Source: Mobula hypostoma
Lineage: Eukaryota
Assembly: GCF_963921235.1 (NCBI RefSeq)
Contig: NC_086108.1
Span: forward strand, 34,288,001-34,352,000
Length of the DNA stretch: 64,000 nucleotides
Reading direction: 5' to 3'
Positions 36,371 to 49,890 of the stretch are shown here, piece after piece; within the stretch, counting starts at the first letter, position 1, and every line of letters begins with the position of its first letter. A program made the translations under genes and the position numbers. The notes beneath the pieces are model-generated. The model worked only from the letters and a program-made list of their open reading frames with translations, was not told where the DNA came from and made no database searches.

Positions 36371-39300
36371 GAAAACACTGCACTGTAGAGATCTGAACTG
36401 CAGGATACTGCGGTGCGTGACACTGAGCTGCAGGGTACTGCACTGTATAACACTGAAATGCAGAGTACTGCAGTGTGTGACACTGAACTGCAGAGTACTG
36501 CACTGTATAACACTGAACTGCAGAGTACTGCAGAGTATAACACTGAACTGCAGAGTACTGCACTGTATAACACTGAACTGCAGAGTACTGCACTGTATAA
36601 CACTGAACTGCAGAGTACTGCAGAGTATAACACTGAACTGCAGAGTACTGCACTGTATAACACTGAACTGCAGAGTACTGCAGTCTGTAACATTGAACTG
36701 CAGAGTACTGCAGTGTATAACACTGGACTGCAGAATACTGCACTTTATAACACTGAGCTGCAGAGTACTGCAATCTGTAAAATTGAACTGCAGAGTACTG
36801 CACTGTATAACACTGGACTGCAGACTACTGCACTGTATAACACTGAGCTGCAGAGTACTGCAATCTGTAACATTGAACTGCAGAGTACTGCACTGTATAA
36901 CACTGAACTGCAGAGTACTGCAGTCTGTAACATTGAACTGCAGAGTACTGCAGTGTATAACACTGGACTGCAGAATACTGCACTGTATAACACTGAGCTG
37001 CAGAGTACTGCAATCTGTAACATTGAACTGCAGAGTACTGCACTGTATAACACTGAACTGCAGAGTACTGCAGAGTATAACACTGAACTGCAGAATACTG
37101 CACTGTATAACACTGAACTGCAGAGTACTGCAGTCTGTAACATTGAACTGCAGAGTACTGCAGTGTGTAACATTGAACTGCAGAGTACTGCGGTGTGTGA
37201 CACTGAGCTGCAGAGTATAACACTGAACTGCAGAGTACTGCAGTGTGTAACACTGAACTGTGGAGTACTGCACTGTATAACACTGAACTGCAGAGTACTG
37301 CACTGTATAACACTGAACTGCAGAGTACTGCAGTCTGTAACATTGAACTGCAGAGTACTGCGGTGTATAACACTGGACTGCAGAATACTGCACTGTATAA
37401 CACTGAGCTGCAGAGTACTGCAGTCTGTAACATTGAACTGCAGAGTACTGCGGTGTATAACACTGGACTGCAGAGTACTGCAGAGTATAACACTGAACTG
37501 CAGAATACTGCACTGTATAACACTGAACTGCAGAGTACTGCAGTCTGTAACATTGAACTGCAGAGTACTGCAGTGTGTAACATTGAACTGCAGAGTACTG
37601 CGGTGTGTGACACTGAGCTGCAGAGTATAACACTGAACTGCAGAGTACTGCAGTGTGTAACACTGAACTGTGGAGTACTGCACTGTATAACACTGAACTG
37701 CAGAGTACTGCACTGTATAACACTGAACTGCAGAGTACTGCAGTCTGTAACATTGAACTGCAGAGTACTGCGGTGTATAACACTGGACTGCAGAATACTG
37801 CACTGTATAACACTGAGCTGCAGAGTACTGCAGTCTGTAACATTGAACTGCAGAGTACTGCGGTGTATAACACTGGACTGCAGAATACTGCACTGTATAA
37901 CACTGAGCTGCAGAGTACTGCAGTCTGTAACATTGAACTGCAGAGTACTGCACTGTATAACACTGAACTGCAGAGTACTGCACTGTATAACACTGAACTG
38001 CAGAGTACTGCACTGTATAACATTGAACTGCAGAGTACTGCAGTCTGTAACATTGAACTGCAGAGTACTGCAGTGTATAACACTGGACTGCAGAATACTG
38101 CACTTTATAACACTGAGCTGCAGAGTACTGCAATCTGTAAAATTGAACTGCAGAGTACTGCACTGTATAACACTGGACTGCAGACTACTGCACTGTATAA
38201 CACTGAGCTGCAGAGTACTGCAATCTGTAACATTGAACTGCAGAGTACTGCACTGTATAACACTGAACTGCAGAGTACTGCAGTCTGTAACATTGAACTG
38301 CAGAGTACTGCAGTGTATAACACTGGACTGCAGAATACTGCACTGTATAACACTGAGCTGCAGAGTACTGCAATCTGTAACATTGAACTGCAGAGTACTG
38401 CACTGTATAACACTGAACTGCAGAGTACTGCAGAGTATAACACTGAACTGCAGAATACTGCACTGTATAACACTGAACTGCAGAGTACTGCAGTCTGTAA
38501 CATTGAACTGCAGAGTACTGCAGTGTGTAACATTGAACTGCAGAGTACTGCGGTGTGTGACACTGAGCTGCAGAGTATAACACTGAACTGCAGAGTACTG
38601 CAGTGTGTAACACTGAACTGTGGAGTACTGCACTGTATAACACTGAACTGCAGAGTACTGCACTGTATAACACTGAACTGCAGAGTACTGCAGTCTGTAA
38701 CATTGAACTGCAGAGTACTGCGGTGTATAACACTGGACTGCAGAATACTGCACTGTATAACACTGAGCTGCAGAGTACTGCAGTCTGTAACATTGAACTG
38801 CAGAGTACTGCGGTGTATAACACTGGACTGCAGAATACTGCACTGTATAACACTGAGCTGCAGAGTACTGCAGTCTGTAACATTGAACTGCAGAGTACTG
38901 CACTGTATAACACTGAACTGCAGAGTACTGCACTGTATAACACTGAACTGCAGAGTACTGCACTGTATAACATTGAACTGCAGAGTACTGCAGTCTGTAA
39001 CATTGAACTGCAGAGTACTGCGGTGTGTGACACTGAGCTGCAGAGTACTGCAGTGTGTGACACTGAGCTGCAGAGTACTGCAGTGTGTAACATTGAACTG
39101 CAGAGTACTGCGGTGTGTGACACTGAGCTGCAGAGTACTGCAGAGTATAACACTGAACTGCAGAGTACTGCAGTGTGTAACACTGAACTGCGGAGTACTG
39201 CACTGTATAACACTGAACTGCAGAGTACTGCACTGTTTTACATTGAACTGCAAAGTACTGCACTGTATAACACTGAACTGCGGAGTACTGCAGTCTGTAA

Positions 39301-41682
39301 CACTGAACTGCAGAGTACTGCAGAGTTTAACACTGAACTGCGGAGTACTGCACTGTATAACACTGAGCTGCAGAGTACTGCACTGTATAACACTGAACTG
39401 CAGAGTACTGCACTGTATAACACTGAACTGCAGAGTACTGCAGTGTGTAACACTGAACTGCGGAGTACTGCACTGTATAACACTGAACTGTGGAGTACTG
39501 CACTGTATTACATTGTACTGCAGAGTACTGCACAGTATTACACTGAACTGCAGAGTACTGCAGTCTGTAACATTGAACTGCAGAGTACTGCAGTGTATAA
39601 CACTGGACTGCAGAATACTGCACTTTATAACACTGAGCTGCAGAGTACTGCAATCTGTAAAATTGAACTGCAGAGTACTGCACTGTATAACACTGGACTG
39701 CAGACTACTGCACTGTATAACACTGAGCTGCAGAGTACTGCAATCTGTAACATTGAACTGCAGAGTACTGCACTGTATAACACTGAACTGCAGAGTACTG
39801 CAGTCTGTAACATTGAACTGCAGAGTACTGCAGTGTATAACACTGGACTGCAGAATACTGCACTGTATAACACTGAGCTGCAGAGTACTGCAATCTGTAA
39901 CATTGAACTGCAGAGTACTGCACTGTATAACACTGAACTGCAGAGTACTGCAGAGTATAACACTGAACTGCAGAATACTGCACTGTATAACACTGAACTG
40001 CAGAGTACTGCAGTCTGTAACATTGAACTGCAGAGTACTGCAGTGTGTAACATTGAACTGCAGAGTACTGCGGTGTGTGACACTGAGCTGCAGAGTATAA
40101 CACTGAACTGCAGAGTACTGCAGTGTGTAACACTGAACTGTGGAGTACTGCACTGTATAACACTGAACTGCAGAGTACTGCACTGTATAACACTGAACTG
40201 CAGAGTACTGCAGTCTGTAACATTGAACTGCAGAGTACTGCGGTGTATAACACTGGACTGCAGAATACTGCACTGTATAACACTGAGCTGCAGAGTACTG
40301 CAGTCTGTAACATTGAACTGCAGAGTACTGCGGTGTATAACACTGGACTGCAGAATACTGCACTGTATAACACTGAGCTGCAGAGTACTGCAGTCTGTAA
40401 CATTGAACTGCAGAGTACTGCACTGTATAACACTGAACTGCAGAGTACTGCACTGTATAACACTGAACTGCAGAGTACTGCACTGTATAACATTAAACTG
40501 CAGAGTACTGCAGTCTGTAACATTGAACTGCAGAGTACTGCGGTGTGTGACACTGAGCTGCAGAGTACTGCAGTGTGTAACATTGAACTGCAGAGTACTG
40601 CGGTGTGTGACACTGAGCTGCAGAGTACTGCAGAGTATAACACTGAGCTGCAGAGTACTGCAGTGTGTAACATTGAACTGCAGAGTACTGCGGTGTGTGA
40701 CACTGAGCTGCAGAGTACTGCAGAGTATAACACTGAACTGCAGAGTACTGCAGTGTGTAACACTGAACTGCGGAGTACTGCACTGTATAACACTGAACTG
40801 CAGAGTACTGCACTGTTTTACATTGAACTGCAAAGTACTGCACTGTATAACACTGAACTGCGGAGTACTGCAGTCTGTAACACTGAACTGCAGAGTACTG
40901 CAGAGTTTAACACTGAACTGCGGAGTACTGCACTGTATAACACTGAGCTGCAGAGTACTGCACTGTATAACACTGAACTGCAGAGTACTGCACTGTATAA
41001 CACTGAACTGCAGAGTACTGCAGTGTGTAACACTGAACTGCGGAGTACTGCACTGTATAACACTGAACTGCGGAGTACTGCACTGTATTACATTGTACTG
41101 CAGAGTACTGCACAGTATTACACTGAACTGCAGAGTACTGCGGTGTGTAACACTGAACTGCAGAGTACTGCAGTGTGTAACACTGAACTGCAGAGTACTG
41201 CAGTGTGTAACACTGAACTGCAGAGTACTACACTGTATAACACTGAACTGCAGAGTACTGCAGTGTGTAACACTGAACTGCGGAGTACTGCACTGTATAA
41301 CACTGAACTGCGGAGTACTGCACTGTATTACATTGTACTGCAGAGTACTGCACAGTATTACACTGAACTGCAGAGTACTGCGGTGTGTAACACTGAACTG
41401 CAGAGTACTGCAGTGTGTAACACTGAACTGCAGAGTACTGCAGTGTGTAACACTGAACTGCAGAGTACTGCACTGTATAACACTGGACTGCAGAGTACTG
41501 TAGTGTGTAACACTGAACTGCAGAGTACTGCACTGTACAACACTGAACTGCAGAGTACTGCACTGTATAACACTGGACTGCAGAGTACTGTAGTGTGTAA
41601 CACAACTGCAGAGTACTGCACTGTATTACATTGTACTGCGGAGTACTGCAGTGTGTAACACTGAACTGCACTGAACTGCACT
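36371..41682. repeat. 5.3-kb tandem satellite, 30-bp unit made of three related 10-mers, with higher-order repeats
   Basis: Consensus CACTGAACTG CAGAGTACTG CA(C/G)TGTATAA; rare variants recur at 1360-1580-bp spacing. Confidence 0.98.
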
Positions 41683-42032
41683 AAAGGGCCTTTAGCGACA
41701 TCAACCAGTGGTGCATCTGCAAAAATAAAATCTGGATTGTGACTCTGCTGTGTCAATTCTTCCTATTGTACAGTGCATTCATGTCCCAGTATTCAGAACA
41801 GAGAAGACTCATGCAAATCTGTCACACAGTATTTTCATTTTACTGTCAAGCCTCGATTGCATTTGGAAAGAGCCAGAATTATAACAAAAATACAAATAGC
41901 CTCCTACAACATTCAAAAGTTCTGGAGCCACTGGGTATTCCTACTTGCATGTATAACCAATGTGTATTTTCCATTCATCAGGTATGGGAGACTGCGGCTA
42001 TTGGCTGGTAAAGGGACGTGTTCGCCTCAGCT

Positions 42033-43195
42033 ACATAGAAGCACAGAAACATAGAAAAAAGGTGCAGGAGTAGGCCAATCGGCCCTTCGAGCCTGCACCG
42101 CCATTCAGTATGATCATGGCTGATCATCCAACTCAGAACTCTGTACCAGCCTTCCCTCCATACCCCCGATCCCTTTAGCCACATGGGCCATATCTAACTC
42201 TATCTTAAATATAGGCAATGAACTGGCCTCAACTGTTTCCTGTGGCAGAGAATTCCGCAGATTCACCACTCTCTGTGTGAAGGAGTTTTTCTTAATTTCA
42301 GTCCTAAAAGGCTTCCCCTTTATCCTCAAACTGTGACCCCTCGTTCTGGACTTGCCCAACATTGGGAACAATCTTCCTGCATCTAGCCTGTCCAATCCCT
42401 TTAGGATTTTATACGTTTCAATCAGATCCCCCCTCAATCTTCTAAATTCCAACGAGTATAAGCCTAGTTCATCCAGTCTTTCATCATATGAAAGTCCTGC
42501 CATCCCAGGAATCAATCTGGTGAACCTTCTTTGTACTCCCTCTATGGCAAGAATGTCTTTCCTCAGATTAGGGGACCAAAACTGCACACAATACTCCAGG
42601 TGTGGTCTCACCAAGGCCTTGTACAACTGCAGTAGTACCTCCCTGCTCCTGTACTCGAATCCTCCAGCTATAAATGCCAGCATACCATTCACCTTTTTCA
42701 CCGCCTGCTGTACCTGCATGCCCACTTTCAATGAATGGTTTATAATGACACCCAGGTCTCGTTGCACCTCCCCTTTTCCTAATCGGCCACCATTCAGATA
42801 ATAATCTGTTTTCCTGTTTTTGCCACCAAAGTGGATAACTTCACATTTATCCACATTAAATTACTTCTGCCATGAATTTGCCCACTCACCCAACCTATCC
42901 AAGTCACCCTGCATTCTCTTAGCATCCTCTTCACAGCTAACACTGCCGCCCAGCTTTGTGTCATCCGCAAACTTGGAGATGCTGCATTTAATTCCCGCAT
43001 CCAAGTCATTAATATAGATTGTAAACAACTGGGGTCCCAGCACTGAGCCTTGCGGTACCCCACTAGTCACTGCCTGCCATTCTGAAAAGGTCCCGTTTAT
43101 TCCCACTCTTTGCTTCCTGTCTGCTAACCAATTCTCCATCCACATCAATACCTTACCCCCAATACCGTGTGCTTTAAGTTTGCACACTAATCTCC
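42033..43195 (-). mobile_element. 5'-truncated CR1 LINE
   Basis: VTSGVPQGSVLGPQLF, SKFADDTKLGG, LVRPHLEYCVQFWSP; (TTTCTATG)-like tail; one frameshift near 42860. Confidence 0.95.
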
Positions 43196-43324
43196 TCCAC
43201 TACCTACTACTGTTATCTGAATCTGAAGAGTGCAACCTTTTCTCAGCAACAGATACTGAGAATAGAAAACTTCTATGTTTCAAAATTCAATGCATCTTTT
43301 CATCTTCTTTCATGAGTTTTAGGT

Positions 43325-44156
43325 GACAAAATGGTGCCAGTGACCAATGCGACCAACAGCAACATCCTGCAGGCAGTTTTTTAACTTCTGTTTCTTTCAA
43401 ATATGATTCTTCTACTAAGCTGCGTGCAATTGTAACTTGTGATTTACATTTTGACATTGTGTTTTTGGATCGATTGAGTGATCTGGTGCTCTGCTGTCTC
43501 GGAGGGAGTTCAGTGAGGCTGGGACCAGAGTGCACAGCCTGGAGATGGCGTGCAAGCACATGATCAGCTCCGTTGTTTCTCATCGACTGAGGCATCGAGC
43601 AAGGTTGAAGTTGACGAAGATGACAGCGGAGTGCAGGCAGACGTACCACGTCATCCGCCTGCATTTTTACCAGTCTTCCTCTCCCTCATGCTAGCTATTG
43701 TCAGAGGAAAGCGCGGGAGTCTTGAGTTCCACTCTGCAAGCATTGATTGGCAAGGTTTATGGATGGGGACTCATTCTGGAGGACTTTGAGGCTCATGTTG
43801 CTCATGTTTCTGGATTCTGGTCACTCATTTTTGCTGTTTTTGAGCAATTAGATCAGGGCACTTTGGTGCAAACTAGGGTGTTTGGGGGGAAAACTGTCCC
43901 TGTAGCCTGCAGTTAGCTAGCAGCACGGTGCTAAACTGAACTAAACTGAATATTCCTGGACTCCTGGTTTGATGTTCTATGTATTGTTCATTTGCTTTTT
44001 GCCTGATACACAGTTTGTTCATCATAAGTGCATTGGGTGTTTGATGTTTTTGTTCCATGGTCTTTCTTTGTTTTGTGGCTGCCTGTGGGAGGTTGAACCT
44101 CAGAGTTATATTCTGCATACATACTTCAATTATAAATGTACTTTGAACTTTGAATT
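43325..44156 (+). mobile_element. Non-autonomous retroelement with Rex1-like tail
   Basis: Starts aaaatggtgcc and ends aaatgtactttgaactttgaa, like the Rex1-type tail at ~3100. Confidence 0.45.
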
Positions 44157-45970
44157 CATCTGTCATGGTACTTTTTTTTCCGGCTTTAGGTCATAGGTTG
44201 GTCTACCTCATTAAGCTGGGCATCAATCTGTCACAGATGCCTACTTCCCAATATTTCCTTGCCAACTTAAAACAGATTTCTGGGCTTGTGTCAGGAATGC
44301 AATGAAAACAGATTTTGTCCATCCCCTGGGTGTAATATGATAAAAACTCATTAGTATCTCTGTAATAAAATCACACAATTCCTATTGGTGTTTCACAACA
44401 TAACATACTCAGGGATAAGTTAATGAACTTAGTCAATTGTCTATACCATGGTGTTAATGTAGCAAAGATCAGCAATACGAAGATTGCGCTCAAAGATTCA
44501 AATATATTCTTCCTTAATTAATAATTATTAAGTCATAGAAATATGGCTTCTGTCTGGTCATATTTGCACCAAGGCTGAATCATCAGATACAAAGGCAGAG
44601 CAGAATTAATACTAGAGGTCCCCAAAGGGAATGAGAGGCTGGGAATGCTGAATGAAATTTTGGGACTGATTCTTTTATGGATAAACTTCTTCCGCACTCC
44701 CCAGATAACACCTCCGCTTTGCATTTCTTCTCTAGTTTGTCTTTGACCTTTTCATTAGCTGCTGTTCCCAAGAGTTTCTGGAGATCGATATTCAGGCCAG
44801 CGGCAGCAGATAACTTGGGCAATGCCCCACAGAAGGTATCAAAACTTCAGAGCTCCAACAGAGTGACAAACAAGTAAATCAGACTGCACCACTTTTATTC
44901 AAAAGAATAAATTATATAATTTTTTTCCACAGGCTCACTTATTCATTTTTATTTATAACTCTGTTATGAGTCTTTTAATGCTCCCCTAACATCTCTGAGG
45001 TAGAACTGACAGGGTAGCTTCAGAGACACTGCAATGCAAAAGACAATGGAATATTCTTAAAATTAGACATGCCACGGGATTAAAGGTCAGAAAGCATATC
45101 CTCACATGGAACCAAAATGAAATCTGGAACTTTACCCATGCAAAAGCTGTCAGGATAGAGTTGTCAAATGACCATTTCAAACTGAGGTTAATAAGAGTTT
45201 TTGTTTCTAAAGGTATTAACTGACATAAAACCACGGATAGGTTGGAGACAGATTATACCTATGATGAGATTCAACTGAATAGCTGAGCAGGCTTGAGGGG
45301 CTGTCTCTGTAGTAAGCTTTCAAAACCATTCAGTTTTGTACTTACAGATTAACTTGTGTAATCAGCTTTACATTCTCTATTGTTAGATGCATGTTCTTTA
45401 GAAAAATCATGGACTTGGCACTAAACCACCAGAGCATGTCCTGATGGAGGGGAACGTCCTCAGTAGCAGCTGATGACTGCCGACTTGTAATAACAGCCCT
45501 GTTAGGCTCCCTAAGCAGTTTCCCAAGCAGCCAGAGAAAGTTACCCAAAGGATAATGTCAAAAAGTTCACCAAACTAAAATTGCATTGGAGCTGGGAAAT
45601 GTTCAAGCCCAAAGGGAAAAATAAATGCTTCATACAAAAGACATGCTAGTGCTGGGAACTCAGCAAAGTAGGAACAACCACAGTGCAGGGAACGTGGGAA
45701 CAACAGCAATGCTCGAGACAAATCAAGGGGCTACAGATTTGTTGTGACAGGACTCAAGACATATGTTTCAACCTGCTGGGATTGCATTTATCTTGAAAAG
45801 CATAGATTACACTCCCTTTACATGACTGTAGGATCACACAGCACTGGAGTCCTTTTGTTAACAAAGTGGACTCTCCATGAGTTACTTACCTAGGGCAGGG
45901 GAGCATGGATTTCTCAATACCAGCCATCTTTTTTCCAACTATAGCTTTCATTTCCATTCACATTTTCCTG

Positions 45971-46016
45971 GGTCTGATCTACCTTTTTTCCTTGGTCTGA
46001 TCTACCTTTTTTCCTT
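45971..46016. repeat. Perfect 23-bp tandem duplication
   Basis: GGTCTGATCTACCTTTTTTCCTT twice. Confidence 0.9.
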
Positions 46017-46039
46017 GAAGGATTTTCAGTATTCTGAGG

Positions 46040-46785
46040 GTTCAGCTCCTCCGTAGAGATAGTTAAATGCACTAAGTTCCTGGAAATTCACATCACAGAT
46101 GATCTCACCTGGTCCCTTAATATCACCTCCCTGAACAAAAAGGCACAGCAGTGCCTTCACCTTCTAAGAAGATGGAGGCAAGGAAGGCTCCCCTCTCCCA
46201 TTTTAACTGCATTTCATAGAAGCACCATTGAGAGCATCCTGACAAGTTGCATCTCTATTTGGTATGGGAGCAGTCAAGCATCAGACCAGAAGTCCGGACA
46301 AAGGACTGTGAGAACAGCTGAGAGTATCATGGGGGTCTCCTTACCATCCACTGGGTACACTTATCAGGAGCATTGCATACACCATACCCTTAGTATTAGT
46401 AAGGACCCCATCCATCCATCCAGCATCCTCTTTAACTTTCTACCATCAGGCAGGAGACTAGGATGCATAAAATCAAGAACAGTCAAGCTGAGAAACAATT
46501 TCATCCCCCAGTCCATTAGGCTTCTGCTGCATCGTGTTCAAAGTGTCACTGGTTAATCTGTTCCATACCTTATAATATTTAATATTAATGCACTTTAGTT
46601 CGTTATTTACGTGTGATTCATCTGTAGATTTTATCCTTACCTTCATAAGTTATTGTGTGTTATGTGTGTTATGTGCTTTACACCCAGGTTCGGAGACAGA
46701 TTGTCTGATTTCTACATACATTATATGGTTATTTACATTATATACATGTATATAATCAAATGACAATAAACTTGACAACTTGAAT
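46040..46785 (+). mobile_element. Rex1/Babar LINE 3' fragment
   Basis: KFLEIHITDDLTWS..ESILTSCISIWYG..KDPIHPSSILFNFLPSGRRL; aataaacttgacaacttga tail. Confidence 0.85.
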
Positions 46786-48208
46786 AGAATAAATGATCTC
46801 AGTATGTCCTTTGCTCTACTACTGGTATCCTGAATTGTACTCCTCAGATACTGGTTTTTTGTAAATATAAACATTCCAGGCCTACTCTTAAATTTTGAAG
46901 TTCAGACAGCCGCTGTGGAGAGAAAAGTTGAAATGGTGGTTTAGATTGATCAGAAAGGTCATCACTGAATTTTGATGGAAACTCTTCAGTCTGAAACACT
47001 AATTCTTTTTCTCTCTGCACAGAAGGCTCCTGGCAGTGGAGTATCCCCAGAATGTCCTATTTGTATTCAGACTTACGACATTTGTGATATTTAACCTAAA
47101 GAACTTGGGCATTTCTCCTTTTAACTCAAACCTCTGATCCCCAAATTAAACTCTGGAAAACTTGTGTTAATCATTCTTGAAGAGGTCTTAAGTTGTAGAA
47201 AAACACAAAGAAATGAAGAGTATTATTTGGCATGCTTCTCTCCGGGGTACAGTATATCTGTAATTTGTTGCAGCTTTCTTACTGCTTGGACCAGTCAATA
47301 ATATGAATACTAATTATCTCTCTTGCTTTAACAGTATTTCAACTTCATAATTTGTATTTCATAATGACATAGTGGGAGACCATTTGAGCCATCGAGTCTA
47401 TGCTGGCTATAAGTACAGCCGATCTATTTCATTCTCTCAGTGAAGTCCCTGATCCCACCTCTAAAGGAGTAACCTAACAACCGGTGTACCTTTTGTATAC
47501 CGGGGCAAAATGGAGCACCACACAATCACAGGGAGAGCATATAAACTCCACACTGTTAGCACTGGAGGTCAGGAATGAATCTAGTTTCCTCCTAAACGGG
47601 GCTGGCTCTAAAAATATGGTCAAGTTGAATGATTTTTATTCCCTGCTGAACGATGTTCACATATCTGCTCTGGATAAGAGAACAATAAGGCTAATTCACA
47701 ATTTAACACTCTAAATCCTCATATTCACTCCAAACTCTTCACTGTTACACTGGTGAAAGAAACAGTTAAAGCAGAGTTACCCATGAGTGTATTGTTCATT
47801 GTCATCTCCAGCCAAAGGTTTGTGTCTACATACTGGCTACGTTTGCAGAATACATGATAATCAGGCCCTGAATATGGAAGAGAGCCACTGGATTACGTGT
47901 CTAGACTAAGAAGCATGGCTGGAATGTGTGGTGGCATTTCCAAAATGCAATTAGCTAGCTGTTAATTTTAGCTACAGGAACACAAAATTAAAGCAAGGTG
48001 GCAAAGTGCGTCAGGACCAGTTCTTAAAAATCTTACTAGTTTTATATATTGGCCTCCGAACACAAGGAAGTCTGATCAAAATGTATTTCACAAGACAAAC
48101 AGCATACCTGCATAATGCTTCAGGTTTAATGTATTTGCAGCACATAACCTCCCAGTCTGTATTCTCCCCAGCATTCCTTCAGATAGTGCGTTGGGAACCT
48201 TTTAGATT

Positions 48209-48287
48209 CAGGGGCTTCCAATCCTTTTTATGCTATGGACCTCTGCCACTGACCAAGGGGTCCATGGACCCAGGTTGGGAACCTCTG
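48209..48287. mobile_element. 79-bp hAT-type MITE
   Basis: CAGGGGCTTCCAATC ... GGTTGGGAACCTCTG imperfect TIRs. Confidence 0.55.
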
Positions 48288-48321
48288 TTTTATATCAATC
48301 TAGGAAGCAGCTGGTGTCTCA

Positions 48322-49112
48322 GGCTACGTCCAAACTAGACCGGATAAATCCGTAACCGAGGCTCTTTCTCTTGGTTTTGACCCTCTGTCCACTCTGAAAT
48401 GGCATTTCCCTCCCCCGAAAACGGAGCTTTTCTAAAACACTCTCCAGAGTGTTTAAATCTGAAAACGCCGGTTGGCCGTTGTAGTGTGTACGGGGTAACC
48501 GGAGGTTTTAAAAAACCTCTCGTCCCTTTCATCGGTGAAGAGACTATGGCTGTAGGAAATGTTTCCAGGGTGACCCCTCTGTGGGAGTGGGGAAGATGTT
48601 GGTGGGGCCACCCGGGGGTCTGTGTGTCCGTATGTGTAGCCATTGTAGTGTTTGTGAGGCTGGTACTGTGGCGGCGAAAAGTACTGAGGGGCAGCCATCA
48701 TATTCCTCACCATTGAAAATCCCCCTGCAACAGAGTTAGTCAGTTTTTCAATGTTTGTCGCCATCCGGGTCATACTGTCCATGAACTCTCTGTCGGTTGC
48801 CTCCGTACGCTCCAGTATTTGTTTTTTTAGTTTTAAGTCCTCCTGCACGAGAGTCGACAGCTGTCCATCATTTGGCAATTTCCTTTAAAGTTTTTCTAGT
48901 CTGTAACTGGACAAATGCGCACCAAGTATACCGTTTCCTCTTCGCTTTTTTTCTGTAGATGTGTCCTGCACATGCCCAGTAGGAGGAGATTCGCCCAAAT
49001 ACACGTTTTAATGTGGAGGAAGGTATTTTCAAAAATGCCTGGTGCGGATGCCTATTGTTTTTTACGCAAAACGGGCGTTTTCAAAATTATCTGGTCTAGC
49101 GTGGACGTAGCC
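48322..49112. mobile_element. Non-autonomous PIF/Harbinger element, copy 2
   Basis: 3-bp TSD TCA (48319-48321, 49113-49115); TIRs GGCTACGTCCAAACTAGACCGGATAA vs GGCTACGTCCACGCTAGACCAGATAA; internal minus-strand ORF 48453-48878. Confidence 0.9.
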
Positions 49113-49124
49113 TCAGTGTCAGGC

Positions 49125-49890
49125 CTGCACAGTCAATCACCACCCATTCTCCACCCGACTAAGAGGGTCACTAGGCACTCAATTCCCACTCATCACCTGC
49201 AGCCCATTTTCTGGCCTTCTGTTGCTTTGACAGATAGGTGAAAGTGGGCAAATAAAAGAAAAATTTCTTTTAAATGTATAGATTTGAGCTGAGTACTTAA
49301 AAATAAGTTGTGGAACATAACTAAATCTGTTTTCATGGGATAATTGTCCGATTTAACATCCATCACTCGCTTCCTTTTCTCCATCTGTCACCTAATTTTA
49401 CACATTTTGTTGTGTAAATTACTCTGTATTTAGCTCTCATTTCAGTGCCAGGTTTACTAAATAGTTTTAATACAGTCTAGGCCAACTGCACCTTACATTG
49501 GAGAAGCATTCCTTAATGCGAGAGCCGGGATTTTGCTATTGTTGCTGTCCTGCTGTGGTAGAGCTACAGTTCCCAGGATCCAGAAACCACTTCTTTGTGA
49601 TCTGTGTCCCAGCTGTGAATCTTTTCTGACTAAAATTTGCTGGACCTCATACCGCACGGATGTCTCCACGGGATTGTAGCACAGATGGACTGGAAAATAA
49701 ATAATAGTATTCTGCTTAAATCTGTGGATTTAAAAGGGACCGTTCCTTTATTTGCACACTTTCCCCTCTCTGATAAAGCAGAAATAAACAAGGGTGACTG
49801 TCAGATAATGGGCCAGAAGCCAGACAGTGGGTGGACACTTGTTTCTTTCTGGCAAGGTGGGAAAGAATGGTGTCTGAATGAGCTGCAACC
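49125..49890. repeat. Long degenerate inverted repeat of unknown origin
   Basis: 49223-49297 vs reverse complement of 49706-49780 align gaplessly at 58/75; weaker similarity extends ~100 bp outward. Confidence 0.8.

Noticed and set aside
36371..41682. CRISPR-like array
   Set aside because: Units are directly tandem with no unique spacers, there are no cas genes, and the context is eukaryotic.
36325..41756. Giant ORFs (up to 966 aa) as real repetitive Cys/Ser/Thr-rich proteins
   Set aside because: They overlap in five frames on both strands, swap frame at each 10-bp deletion, and have no unique N- or C-terminal domain; they follow from a stop-poor repeat unit.
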